Source of the DNA: Bacteroidales bacterium
GTDB taxonomy: Bacteria > Bacteroidota > Bacteroidia > Bacteroidales > UBA12077
Reading direction: 5' to 3'
DNA length: 64,000 nucleotides
Assembly: GCA_963665525.1 (NCBI GenBank)
Contig: OY762280.1
Coordinates: 3,873,188 to 3,937,187, forward strand
The notes below the pieces were generated by a model that saw only the letters and a list, made by a program, of their open reading frames with translations, had not been told where the DNA came from and ran no database searches. The position numbers and the translations under genes are program-made. Positions 9,701-18,766 of the stretch are shown here, in pieces. Within the stretch, counting starts at the first letter, position 1. The number at the start of each line of letters is the position of its first letter.

Positions 9701-12700
9701 GGTAATTTAATTTTATCAGTAGTTCCAAATTCATTTGATTGTACAGATATTGGAGCGAACACAGTAACCTTAACAGTAACCGATGAACAAGGTAATTCAT
9801 CTAATTGTATAGCTACAGTAACTGTCGAAGATAATCTGGCACCAACAGCCGTATGCCAGGATATTACTGTAGAATTAGATGCCACAGGTAATGTAAGTAT
9901 TACACCTGCCGATATAGATAATGGTAGTAGTGATAATTGTTCAGATTATACATTATCCTTAGATCAAACAGATTTTACCTGTGCAGATATTGGAGTAAAT
10001 ACTGTAATATTAACTATTGATGATCAGCATGGTCAGACAGATAACTGTACAGCTACAGTAACTGTAGAAGATAATTTAGCACCAACAGCAATATGTCAGG
10101 ATATAACAGTTCAGTTAGATGCTACAGGTAATGTAAGTATTACACCTGCCGATGTAGATAATGGCAGTAGCGATAATTGTTCAGATTTCACTTTATCTTT
10201 AGATCAAACAGACTTTACTTGTGCTGATATAGGAGCAAACACCGTAACATTGACAATAAATGATCAGCATGGACAAACTGATAATTGTACTGCAACTGTT
10301 ACTGTTTTAGAGACAGAAGATCCTGTTGCAGTTTGTCAGGATATAACAGTTCAGTTAGATGCTACAGGTAATGTAAGTATTGCCGGAGCTGATGTTGATG
10401 GAGGTTCATCAGATAACTGTTCAGCACCGGGGGATTTAGTATTTAACGTAGTTCCGAACTCATTTGATTGTGCCGATATAGGGGTTAATACAGTAACTTT
10501 AACAGTGACAGATGAAGCGGGGAATTCATCTAACTGTACAGCCATAGTAACTGTAGAAGATAATTTAGCACCAACAGCAATATGTCAGGATATAACAGTT
10601 CAGTTAGATGCTACAGGTAATGTAAGTATTACACCTGCCGATGTAGATAATGGCAGTAGCGATAATTGTTCAGATTTCACTTTATCTTTAGATCAAACAG
10701 ACTTTACCTGTGCCGATATAGGAGCTAATATGGTAACCCTAACTATTGATGATCAGCATGGACAAACTGATAATTGTACAGCTACAGTAACCGTAGAAGA
10801 TAATTTTGCGCCAACAGCTGTATGTCAGGATATAACTGTTTATTTAGATGCCACAGGTAATGTAAGTATTACACCTGGTGATGTAGATAATGGTAGTAGT
10901 GATAATTGTTCTGATTTTATATTATCCTTAGATCAAACAGATTTTACCTGTGCTGATATTGGAGCTAATACTGTTACATTAACTATTAATGATCAACATG
11001 GTCAAACCGATAATTGTACAGCTACAGTAACGGTAGTAGATAATCTCGATCCAACAGCCGTATGTCAGGATATTACAGTTCAATTAGATGCAACAGGTAA
11101 TGTAAGCATTGCCGGATCAGATGTTGATGGAGGTTCATCAGATAATTGTACAGTACCAGGTAATTTAATTTTATCAGTAGTTCCAAATTCATTTGATTGT
11201 ACAGATATTGGAGCGAACACAGTAACCTTAACAGTAACCGATGAACAAGGTAATTCATCTAATTGTATAGCTACAGTAACTGTCGAAGATAATCTGGCAC
11301 CAACAGCCGTATGCCAGGATATTACTGTAGAATTAGATGCCACAGGTAATGTAAGTATTACACCTGGCGATGTAGATAATGGCAGTGGCGATAATTGTTC
11401 AGATTTCACGTTATCTTTAGATCAAACAGATTTCACTTGTGCAGATTTAGGAGCAAATACTGTAACATTAACCATAGATGATCAGCATGGACAAACTGAT
11501 AATTGTACAGCTACTGTAACCGTAGAAGATAATATTGCACCAAGTATTATTTCTTGCCCAGGAGATATTTCTGTACTTGAAAATGGTACTTGTTCAGCTG
11601 TAGTTAATGGCTTAACACCTGTTGTAAGTGATAATTGTACAGTAACAGTTCAAACCTGGACAATGTCAGGAGCAACGATTAATACAGGTGTTGGAGATGT
11701 TTCAGGAGAAACATTTAATATTGGTATAACTACAGTTACATATCATTTTGAGGATGCAGCTGGTAATTTTGTAGAATGTTCTTTTGATGTTGAAATTTAT
11801 GATGTTGTGGATGGAGGTGAAATTGATGCTGATCAAACAGTTTGTTACAATACAACTCCTAATCCTTTTATTAGTGTAACACCTGCTTCAGTATGTGGAG
11901 GATTAACATACCAGTGGCAAATGAAATCGGGTAGCAGTCCTTGGGGAGATATCCTGGGAGCTACTAATGAAACCTATACAGAACTGAATCCATTAACAGA
12001 AGTAACTTCATATAATAGAAAAGCTATCTCAGATTTGGGATTTGGAACAGAATATTCCGATACCATAACAATTAATATTCAACCAGAAGCAATTGCATTT
12101 GCAGGCATTGATACAACCTTATGTTTTGATACTCCTTATTATCTTCAAGATGCGGATACTGTGAACTCAGATGGTGTGACCTGGGAGATTTTAACAGGAA
12201 ATGGTGATATTACAGTGGCAGACTTAACAAAAATTGACCCTGTTTATACACCAGATATTTCTGATGGTGGAACAACCGTAGAGTTAGTTCTACATGCATC
12301 AGGGAAAGGCTCATGTGGAGAGAGTACCGATACGGTTCGAATTAATTACTTATCTGAACTACTTGTATCAATTGGTAAACCAGCACCATTTTATATCGAT
12401 TCTATGAGTACACATATTGATGTATATTTTAAAATTGAAGATCATCGATTCCTAGGTGATTTAGCATTATACTTAGTTTCTCCACTTGATTCGGTTGTTG
12501 AGCTTAAATCTTTTTGTTCTTTAGGTATTCCAGCACCGGTAACAGATTTAACAGCTAAATTTTATAATGATCCCTATGATACTTCAACAGTATATACATC
12601 TAATATAGATGAATGTAATCCAACTTCTGGTAATTATAAATTTGTTGGAGATTGGAAAAAGAAACTACATGGTCAGGATCCAACAAATGGAGCATGGAGA

Positions 12701-15700
12701 GTACGTGTTGCTGATAATAGAAGTATTACAGGTTCGGATGGATATTTAAGAGAAGCAACAGTTACCTTCTCAGATACTAATAGAGTTGGCCTTTTTGAAT
12801 CTATATTATTAGCCGATTCTTCAATTAATATGGATATTAATGAATCACCAGGAGGTGGTATTGTTGTAAATACGGATAGAATATTACCAATTACAGGCTT
12901 ATCTACATCGTGTTTTGGTCTTTGTGACGCAACAGCTGTAGCTACAGCTTCGGGTGGACAAGCTCCTTATGTTTTATATGAATGGAGCGAATACATTGAC
13001 TTTAGTGTGATTTATGCCTCAGGAGTAACAGCAGATACTGTTGATTTGTGTGCTGGTAGATATTATGTTCGAGTAACTGATTCGCACGGTTGTACTGCAA
13101 TAGATTCTATTTTAGTAAGTGAACCACCAGAAATAGTGATTACCAAAGAAACGGTGATCCATAACAAGTGTAATGGTGATGAAGAAGGAAAAGTGGTACT
13201 TGAATTCACTGGAGGAGTAGGTACATTAAGGTATTCTTACGATGGTTTGACCTATTATTACAGTGGAGATACAGTATTTAATTTAGCTGCCGATACTTAT
13301 ACTTTTACCATTGAAGATGCCAATTGTTCTATTACCAGGGATATTGAGATTAAAGAACCCAGTGAATTAATAATTGATAATATTGATATTACACCAATTA
13401 CCTGCCATGATGCAGATGATGGAAAAATTGAAATCTTTGCTTCTGGAGGTACACCTGGGGTAATCACGCCATACTATTATTCTGTTGATAGTGCAGATAC
13501 ATGGATTGATAATCGACTATTCGAAAATTTAGAAGATAAAAAATACATCACAGTTGTTCAGGATAGCTTGGGATGTATAACTTATGGTGATACAATATAC
13601 TTAAGTAACCCAGATACTATTTCTATCGATTCTGTTAAAGTGGTACCAACAACTTGTGCAGGAACAGGAAATGATGGTCAAATAATTATTTATGCAAGTG
13701 GAGGAGTTGTTGGAGCCGGAGGATTGGAATATTCATTAAACGGAACCGATTACCAATTTAATAATACCTTTACAGGATTACCAGTATGTGATACCACGGT
13801 ATTTGTTCGTGATAATTGCGAAACAAAACAACTAGATACATTAGTATCTGTTACTGGACCAATACCTATTGAAATAGACTCTGTTGTTGTCGATGATGTG
13901 AATACCTGCTTTGGAGAAAGTACGGGTCAGATTACGGTGTATGCTAAGGGTGGAACAGGGAATTTCACGTATTCAATTGATGGAGTTGATAATATACCGC
14001 CAGAAAGCAATGTATTTAGCGGTTATCCTGCAGGAACATATACCGTTCGGGTTACTGATGACGGTGGATGTACTAGTCCAGATAGTACAGCAGTTATTGA
14101 TCAACCTACTCAGGTTATCATTGATAGCTATACGGTAACTCATACTTCGGAATGTAATACACCAACAGATGTGGGTGAAATTACACTAAATGGATTAGGA
14201 GGAACACCAACGTATAGATATGCTTTGGTTAATAATACCGATTCATTAACAAATAGTACAGGTAACTTTACTGGCCTTTCACCAGATTCTTACTGGATTT
14301 ATGCAATAGATTTCAATGATTGTGCTTCAGCAAGACTTGATACTTCAATTATTTTATATCCCGCTATGGACATTCGTATTGATGGAACAGATATTGGTTG
14401 TCATGGAGAAACAAATGGTAGTGCTTCGGTTGTATTTGATCAGGAAAGTCAGGGAGTGATGACCTATAACTATTCATGGGAAAATAGTTCTGGAGTGGGT
14501 ATAGGAAATAGTCAACTGGTTACAGGTTTAAGTTCAGGGTGGTATTATGTTACGGTAACTGATAACAACTCTCCTGACAATTGTATTGATAACGATTCTA
14601 TTCAAATAATTGAGCCAGATCCATTTACAATAGTGTTGAATTCGAAAGATGTATATTGTATTGATGCAGAATGTAAGGCCATTGATGTAGCCAGTGCAAA
14701 TGGATATATAAATCCTGGAGTAAGTGGAGGGACAGGAGATATTGATTATAACTGGGTTGGCCCTAATGGATTTAGTTCACAAGATGATTTTATAACAAAT
14801 CTAAAAGCAGGAACTTATTTCTTAACAGTAACAGATAGTAGAGGTTGTGATTCTATCGTCGATGTTACCATTAATCCGAATGATGATTATGATATTACTG
14901 AATTGAGTGTGGAGTTTTTAGATACTAGTGTATGCTGGAATCAGGAAGCTACATTTAGAGCTGAATTTGATGGCTATTCAGATACAATTTTCTATCAGAT
15001 TGGTGAATATGTTAACGGTGGATGGTCTTACAGACCTGAAACTTTTGTTGAGGTAGGTACCAGTCCAATGCTTGTTGGTGATTATTTAAATGGAGATGCT
15101 AATTACAGATATATTAGAGTAACGAATCAATATTGTTATCAGGATACTTTAAGTGCTGTAGTTAATATCGATTATATTCCAAGTTTCCAATTAGATATTA
15201 TTGATGAATTAGATGGCAATGCTGAGGATGATACGATTTATCTAAAGGGAGCAAGAACGGGTACAATAGGGGCAAATGTTAATGACCTGACTGGTATCAC
15301 ATTTGAGTGGTATGAATCTGGAGTAGCTATAAGTGGCTCCGACGTACAGATATTAAATATTAGCCCAGACTCTTCAGCTTATTATACAGTTGTAGCATCA
15401 ACAAGTGAATGTATTGATAGCTCGCGTATTTACCTTGAGTTTATACCAGCTATTACTCCTAACGAAGCATTTACTCCAAATGGCGACGGAATAAATGACT
15501 ACTGGAGAATTAAGTTTATTGAAAAGTTCCAGAATAATGTGGTAACAATATACAATCGTTGGGGAACTAAGGTCTTTGAACAAAAAGGATATACAAACGA
15601 AGATGAAAGTAAGATGTGGGATGGAAGAGCTAAGAATGGAAAAGATCTTCCAAGTGGCACATATTACTATGTTATAATTCTTAATGAAGCAGGATTCCAG

Positions 15701-15733
15701 CCAATAACTGGACCTATAACAATAATTAGATAG
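6728..15733 (+). CDS. Giant T9SS-secreted cell-surface adhesin, SprB-like
   Basis: The ORF is open from 6707, and the ATG at 6728 gives MSTHLRHFIFYIFSFFIVSISVNNGFSQ as the signal peptide. There are multiple SprB-type repeats (C.NG.DGSI.V..SGG..PY.Y, for example STSCYNGNDGSITVYVSGGTSPYYY). It also has 12 tandem Ig/HYR-like units, a HYR-like unit (about 11530-11800) and a proprotein-convertase P-domain-like segment (about 12360-12780; HRFLGDLALYLVSPLDSVVELK..NGAWRVRVAD). The C-terminus is a type B sorting domain (FTPNGDGINDYWRI..IYNRWGTKVF..LPSGTYYYVI). Confidence 0.9.
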   Translation: MSTHLRHFIFYIFSFFIVSISVNNGFSQNRYWVNGSGNWNDTNHWSESSGGIPGANIPTKDINVVFDDNSFTSSDQTVFIKESVECKDFHWNIKNIQPSLKSKSFLFKTNTKAEIQLYGSLYVNENISNQFFGDIVLKSNEKSEINIKSDLNSDVLFASEKGKWDLKSDLKTSGDISVLEGKLSLNANIIETNAFISSGNLPRSINISDSKIITNSINFEQSQNLNLQSDNYKVEIKNKISEKSVKSGDIPIIVYKAGAKATFNIDSVTVDSTSCYNGNDGSITVYVSGGTSPYYYTLAKRTSPTTWADTLSASNSGPSYTFVGLRQNGYKISVEDTGPTGGGFAVDSVYHPDKLVADSIGVNQGLTCSYSSDAELEAYASGGNPAYSYQWLKYNTGTGLWDVITTDDPANKVLTGVSQGWYTVNVTDQNGCGDLGYVSTEIFFLEGGYGYDNYIPSTINITGVSSTNTCSGFSTGTITVSATGGTAPLKYAIVRISDSDSTIEASGVFTGLQADTYKVYAIDANDCFKKYDTDITIDAWDNPTVNITPDPADACPGKPFQLYGNPTHGDGTSFTNHLWTGAGTAYLDDTGIENPVFNHNVVGGYNLTYEVTDNNGCTGTDVITVNVDDTEDPVAVCQDITVQLDATGNVSIAGADVDGGSSDNCSAPGDLVFTVVPNSFDCTDIGANAVTLTVTDETGNWSNCAATVTVEDNIAPTAVCQDITVQLDATGNVSITPADIDNGSSDNCSDYTLSLDQTDFTCADIGVNTVILTIDDQHGQTDNCTATVTVEDNLAPTAICQDITVQLDATGNVSITPADVDNGSSDNCSDFTLSLDQTDFTCADIGANMVTLTIDDQHGQTDNCTATVTVEDNFAPTAVCQDITVYLDATGNVSITPADVDNGSSDNCSDFILSLDQTDFTCADIGANTVTLTINDQHGQTDNCTATVTVVDNLDPTAVCQDITVQLDATGNVSIAGSDVDGGSSDNCTVPGNLILSVVPNSFDCTDIGANTVTLTVTDEQGNSSNCIATVTVEDNLAPTAVCQDITVELDATGNVSITPADIDNGSSDNCSDYTLSLDQTDFTCADIGVNTVILTIDDQHGQTDNCTATVTVEDNLAPTAICQDITVQLDATGNVSITPADVDNGSSDNCSDFTLSLDQTDFTCADIGANTVTLTINDQHGQTDNCTATVTVLETEDPVAVCQDITVQLDATGNVSIAGADVDGGSSDNCSAPGDLVFNVVPNSFDCADIGVNTVTLTVTDEAGNSSNCTAIVTVEDNLAPTAICQDITVQLDATGNVSITPADVDNGSSDNCSDFTLSLDQTDFTCADIGANMVTLTIDDQHGQTDNCTATVTVEDNFAPTAVCQDITVYLDATGNVSITPGDVDNGSSDNCSDFILSLDQTDFTCADIGANTVTLTINDQHGQTDNCTATVTVVDNLDPTAVCQDITVQLDATGNVSIAGSDVDGGSSDNCTVPGNLILSVVPNSFDCTDIGANTVTLTVTDEQGNSSNCIATVTVEDNLAPTAVCQDITVELDATGNVSITPGDVDNGSGDNCSDFTLSLDQTDFTCADLGANTVTLTIDDQHGQTDNCTATVTVEDNIAPSIISCPGDISVLENGTCSAVVNGLTPVVSDNCTVTVQTWTMSGATINTGVGDVSGETFNIGITTVTYHFEDAAGNFVECSFDVEIYDVVDGGEIDADQTVCYNTTPNPFISVTPASVCGGLTYQWQMKSGSSPWGDILGATNETYTELNPLTEVTSYNRKAISDLGFGTEYSDTITINIQPEAIAFAGIDTTLCFDTPYYLQDADTVNSDGVTWEILTGNGDITVADLTKIDPVYTPDISDGGTTVELVLHASGKGSCGESTDTVRINYLSELLVSIGKPAPFYIDSMSTHIDVYFKIEDHRFLGDLALYLVSPLDSVVELKSFCSLGIPAPVTDLTAKFYNDPYDTSTVYTSNIDECNPTSGNYKFVGDWKKKLHGQDPTNGAWRVRVADNRSITGSDGYLREATVTFSDTNRVGLFESILLADSSINMDINESPGGGIVVNTDRILPITGLSTSCFGLCDATAVATASGGQAPYVLYEWSEYIDFSVIYASGVTADTVDLCAGRYYVRVTDSHGCTAIDSILVSEPPEIVITKETVIHNKCNGDEEGKVVLEFTGGVGTLRYSYDGLTYYYSGDTVFNLAADTYTFTIEDANCSITRDIEIKEPSELIIDNIDITPITCHDADDGKIEIFASGGTPGVITPYYYSVDSADTWIDNRLFENLEDKKYITVVQDSLGCITYGDTIYLSNPDTISIDSVKVVPTTCAGTGNDGQIIIYASGGVVGAGGLEYSLNGTDYQFNNTFTGLPVCDTTVFVRDNCETKQLDTLVSVTGPIPIEIDSVVVDDVNTCFGESTGQITVYAKGGTGNFTYSIDGVDNIPPESNVFSGYPAGTYTVRVTDDGGCTSPDSTAVIDQPTQVIIDSYTVTHTSECNTPTDVGEITLNGLGGTPTYRYALVNNTDSLTNSTGNFTGLSPDSYWIYAIDFNDCASARLDTSIILYPAMDIRIDGTDIGCHGETNGSASVVFDQESQGVMTYNYSWENSSGVGIGNSQLVTGLSSGWYYVTVTDNNSPDNCIDNDSIQIIEPDPFTIVLNSKDVYCIDAECKAIDVASANGYINPGVSGGTGDIDYNWVGPNGFSSQDDFITNLKAGTYFLTVTDSRGCDSIVDVTINPNDDYDITELSVEFLDTSVCWNQEATFRAEFDGYSDTIFYQIGEYVNGGWSYRPETFVEVGTSPMLVGDYLNGDANYRYIRVTNQYCYQDTLSAVVNIDYIPSFQLDIIDELDGNAEDDTIYLKGARTGTIGANVNDLTGITFEWYESGVAISGSDVQILNISPDSSAYYTVVASTSECIDSSRIYLEFIPAITPNEAFTPNGDGINDYWRIKFIEKFQNNVVTIYNRWGTKVFEQKGYTNEDESKMWDGRAKNGKDLPSGTYYYVIILNEAGFQPITGPITIIR
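8906..9249 (+). repeat. Second higher-order duplicate, copy 1 (unit 2 into unit 3)
   Basis: 344 bp identical by eye to 9875-10218 (offset 969 bp). The two copies diverge at 9250 and 10219. Confidence 0.85.
9088..9908 (+). repeat. Higher-order duplicate, copy 1 (units 3-5 plus the start of unit 6)
   Basis: 821 bp that match 10546-11366 (offset 1458 bp). Line-by-line comparison by eye found one mismatch (c at 9420, g at 10878). Confidence 0.9.
9875..10218 (+). repeat. Second higher-order duplicate, copy 2 (unit 6 into unit 7)
   Basis: Partner of 8906-9249. Confidence 0.85.
10546..11366 (+). repeat. Higher-order duplicate, copy 2 (units 9-11 plus the start of unit 12)
   Basis: Partner of 9088-9908. 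The identical antisense ORFs in the track (9615-9800 and 11073-11258) reflect this duplication. Confidence 0.9.
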
Positions 15734-15734
15734 T

Positions 15735-16670
15735 ATGAAAAGCTTAAAGTTGATTATATTTATAGCTTTGTGTTTGGCATTTATTAAACCAGTAAATGCG
15801 CAACAAGCACCTTTCTATACACAGTATATGTTTAATGATTATTTGATTAATCCAGCAGTAGCAGGAACCTATAATCATTTTAGAATAAGAGCAAACTCAA
15901 GAATACAGTGGATGGGCATTACCGATTCACCAAGAACAATGAGTATTGCAGGTTACGGTCCATTCAAAGAAAGAGACATGGGATATGGTGGTTATATATA
16001 TAATGATGTAACCGGTCCTGAAAGTAGAATGTCTTTAGGAGGATCATATTCATATAATATAGCTATTTCTGACGCTTGGCGTATTTCAGGAGGGTTATCT
16101 GTAGGTATAATGCAGTACAAATTAGATGGTACAGTGATGGATATTGATGAGGATTTAGGTTATGACCCTGCTTTGCCACAAGGTGTTGAGTCTAGAATAG
16201 TACCTGATGCTAATGTTGGATTTTATTTATATTCTACTTTTTATTATGTTGGAATTTCTGCTCACCAGTTACTTGGTAATAAATATAATATCCATGAAGA
16301 AACGGATTCAATTAAGGGAATTAGTAGGTTAACACAACATGTATACTTATCAGGAGGGGCTAACTTTATTTTAAACAGAGATTTTGCTCTTTCTCCTTCT
16401 GCAATGATAAAATATACCAGTCCGGGACAAATTCAAGCTGAAATAAACGCAAATGTTACCTATCAAAGGATGGTTTGGGGAGGTTTGTCATACAGGTTCG
16501 GCAGTTCTGGATATTTCACTAGTGATGCGATAGCCATTATGGCAGGATATAATTACGATTCGAAAATTTATATTGGATTATCATATGATATAACGATGTC
16601 TGATCTAAGACAATATTCAAATGGTACTATTGAGGTTATGATCGGATACAGGTTTAATAATATTAAATAA
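15735..16670 (+). CDS. PorP/SprF family type IX secretion system membrane protein
   Basis: 311 aa. A signal peptide is followed by QQAPFYTQYMFNDYLINPAVAG, the hallmark N-terminus of PorP/SprF. The rest has a beta-barrel-like alternating pattern. The start lies 2 nt after the adhesin stop. Confidence 0.85.
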   Translation: MKSLKLIIFIALCLAFIKPVNAQQAPFYTQYMFNDYLINPAVAGTYNHFRIRANSRIQWMGITDSPRTMSIAGYGPFKERDMGYGGYIYNDVTGPESRMSLGGSYSYNIAISDAWRISGGLSVGIMQYKLDGTVMDIDEDLGYDPALPQGVESRIVPDANVGFYLYSTFYYVGISAHQLLGNKYNIHEETDSIKGISRLTQHVYLSGGANFILNRDFALSPSAMIKYTSPGQIQAEINANVTYQRMVWGGLSYRFGSSGYFTSDAIAIMAGYNYDSKIYIGLSYDITMSDLRQYSNGTIEVMIGYRFNNIK

Positions 16671-16690
16671 AAATATATTGCTAATTTTGG

Positions 16691-16717
16691 AACCGGCACA
16701 TATGCCGGTTTTTTTAT
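16691..16717 (+). terminator. Rho-independent terminator after the adhesin-PorP/SprF operon
   Basis: Stem aaccggca/tgccggtt (8 bp) with a 4-nt loop, followed by ttttttt. Confidence 0.75.
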
Positions 16718-16730
16718 CAACACGAAAATT

Positions 16731-17102
16731 ATGAAGAAATTTGTAATCCTAATTGTAACAATATCTTTCTTTTCATGCACTAACGAAAAGAAAATCCCTG
16801 AATATGTTATTCCTCAAGAGGATATGGTAGATATTATTGTTGATATTCATCTAACGGATGGTTTACTTACTTTAAATCATGTACGAAGAAAGCTTGCTAA
16901 AAAGGATACCTCAAATTACTATGATAAGATATTTGATCAATATGGTTATACTCGTGCCGATTTTGATACATCTATATATTATTATAGTATGAATATTGAT
17001 GATTATGATAATATTTATGCTGAGGTGTTGAATAGGCTGAATGAAATGGAGACAGAACTTAAGCAAGAAGAAGTAGAAAAGTCAACTGAAGAAACGGATT
17101 AG
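16731..17102 (+). CDS. DUF4296-like lipoprotein
   Basis: Lipobox-like ISFFSC, followed by IPQEDMVDIIVDIHLTDGLL, which I recall as typical of DUF4296. Confidence 0.5.
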   Translation: MKKFVILIVTISFFSCTNEKKIPEYVIPQEDMVDIIVDIHLTDGLLTLNHVRRKLAKKDTSNYYDKIFDQYGYTRADFDTSIYYYSMNIDDYDNIYAEVLNRLNEMETELKQEEVEKSTEETD

Positions 17103-17114
17103 TTTAATATCAGA

Positions 17115-18293
17115 ATGAGAAGAATTTCTGCTAATTATATTTATCCTGTTAATAGTACTCCTTTAAAAAATGGAATTATTGAATTTAGTGATGATGGAGA
17201 AATATTAAATTTAATAGATACAAAAGGAGAGTTAAAAGAATCCAGAAATCTGGAATTTTACAATGGAGTTATAACTCCAGGGTTTATTAATACGCATTGT
17301 CACTTAGAGATATCAGAGCATAAAGGTAAAATTACAGAAGGTCATCTATTACCTCATTTTCTAGAAAAGGTATTTGAGTTAAAGCAACAAAAGCAATCAA
17401 GCAATACGTTTGAAAATATTAAATTATATGATGCTATTATGAAAAGCAATGGAATTGTTGCTGTTGCTGATGTTTGTAATACTAACAAAACAATTCAGAC
17501 AAAGAAGAATAGTAAAATTGAATATTATAATTTTGTTGAAGCCCTGGGTTTAGGAAATGCCAAATCAATTTTCAAATTAAATCAGGCCTTATTACATGAG
17601 TTTCTAGATAACGATCTAAATGGATCAATAGTTCCCCATGCTCCATATTCTGTTTCTAAGCAATTGTTCCAATTAATAGCGGAATCTGTGAATTATGATC
17701 AAGTTATAAGCATTCATAATCAAGAAACATTTTCTGAAAACGAGCTATTTAAAAATAAATCGGGAGAACTATATAATAAGCTTCAATCACTTGGAGTAGA
17801 TTATTCAGCATGGGAAAGAACAGGAAAAAATTCTCTTGAATCAGTCATTGATTTGTTACCATTAAAGAATAATCTGCTATTTATACATAATACTTATTCT
17901 ACAAAAGAAGATTTAGATATTGTGAATATTAAATGTAAAAATGCTTATTGGTGTTTATGTCCTTTATCAAACTTATATATTGAAAATAAACTTCCGGATT
18001 TAAATATATTCAATGATTTAACTGATAAAGTAACTTTAGGAACTGATAGTTTGGCTTCTAATCATACTTTATCCATCCTGGAAGAAATGAAAGCAATTGT
18101 TCATCATTTTAATAAAATTAATTTTAAACAAGTACTCCTATGGGCAACTTTAAATGGGGCAAAAGCATTAAGACTTGATAACAATTACGGGAGTATTGAA
18201 ATAGGTAAAAAACCGGGATTAAATCTGATTACAAATTTTGATTTTAAACAAATGCAAATGACACCCAAAAGTGAGGTGAAGGTTTTGTCCTAA
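17115..18293 (+). CDS. Amidohydrolase family protein (metal-dependent hydrolase)
   Basis: 392 aa. PGFINTHCHLE is the HxH metal motif. HAPYS, IHN and GTDSLASN lie at positions typical of the amidohydrolase superfamily. Confidence 0.7.
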   Translation: MRRISANYIYPVNSTPLKNGIIEFSDDGEILNLIDTKGELKESRNLEFYNGVITPGFINTHCHLEISEHKGKITEGHLLPHFLEKVFELKQQKQSSNTFENIKLYDAIMKSNGIVAVADVCNTNKTIQTKKNSKIEYYNFVEALGLGNAKSIFKLNQALLHEFLDNDLNGSIVPHAPYSVSKQLFQLIAESVNYDQVISIHNQETFSENELFKNKSGELYNKLQSLGVDYSAWERTGKNSLESVIDLLPLKNNLLFIHNTYSTKEDLDIVNIKCKNAYWCLCPLSNLYIENKLPDLNIFNDLTDKVTLGTDSLASNHTLSILEEMKAIVHHFNKINFKQVLLWATLNGAKALRLDNNYGSIEIGKKPGLNLITNFDFKQMQMTPKSEVKVLS

Positions 18294-18715
18294 TTAATTC
18301 CACTATTTTTTAAATACTCAACAGCTTCTTTGTCATATTTTAAAATATGCTCATCAAACCATTCTTCAAGATAATGATAAATCTCTAAACACAAATCGGG
18401 TTTATTATTCTCTAGGTCTTTTTGAAATTTAATAATTCGATCAATAAATGAATTGTGTTCAATTTTGTGTTGTTCGAAGTTAGGATATTTTAGATCATTA
18501 AAATATATTTCTTCTTGAATAAAATAATGATCAATGAGGTAAGCAATTTGAAAGAATATTCCGGAAACATTTTCTTTACAAGAACCTTCGTTAATTACTA
18601 CTTTTAATTCATTAATAATGCTTAAGAATTTTTGATGTTGTTCGTCAATAACTTTAATATTTACAGTGTATTCATCTTTCCACTGATAAGGTTCTGGATT
18701 GACTTTATTTTCCAT
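18290..18715 (-). CDS. Hemerythrin-like metal-binding protein (bacteriohemerythrin)
   Basis: 141 aa. The W.DEY.V.I..IDEQHQKF motif is present, and further His/Glu ligand positions fit (HYF..EE, EQHKIEH, FDEHI). Confidence 0.8.
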   Translation of the reverse strand: MENKVNPEPYQWKDEYTVNIKVIDEQHQKFLSIINELKVVINEGSCKENVSGIFFQIAYLIDHYFIQEEIYFNDLKYPNFEQHKIEHNSFIDRIIKFQKDLENNKPDLCLEIYHYLEEWFDEHILKYDKEAVEYLKNSGIN

Positions 18716-18738
18716 GATTTCAAATTATATATTCTTTA

Positions 18739-18746
18739 CAAAAATA
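18739..18746 (-). promoter_or_regulatory. Candidate -7 promoter box (TATTTTTG) for the hemerythrin gene
   Basis: The reverse complement of caaaaata matches TAnnTTTG. It lies 23 nt upstream of the ATG at 18715. Confidence 0.4.
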
Positions 18747-18766
18747 GGTGCATTCGAATTAAATAA

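Larger units (their letters stand above)
8618..11533 (+). repeat. In-frame tandem array of 12 units (eight of 240 bp / 80 aa, four of 249 bp / 83 aa) inside the adhesin gene
   Basis: Each unit starts ..P(T/V)A(V/I)CQDITV.LDATGNVSI and ends DNCTATVTV(E/V)DN. The 83-aa type (units 1, 5, 8, 11) has AG.DVDGGSSDNC..PG.L...VVPNSFDC. The 80-aa type has TP(A/G)D(V/I)DNGS.DNCSD(F/Y).LSLDQTDFTC. Total length is 2916 bp = 972 aa. Confidence 0.95.

Noticed and set aside
9615-11409. Duplicated antisense ORFs in the track (9615-9800 equals 11073-11258; also 9622-9885, 10351-10545, 11080-11409)
   Set aside because: They lie antisense to the adhesin repeats and are duplicated only because the DNA is duplicated. 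Their low-complexity translations have no start-site context. They are artefacts of the repeat composition.
8618-11533. A regularly spaced repeat array that could look like a CRISPR array
   Set aside because: The units are contiguous 240/249-bp blocks with no unique spacers. They keep one reading frame inside a 3008-aa ORF and encode Ig/HYR-like domains. I saw no cas genes.
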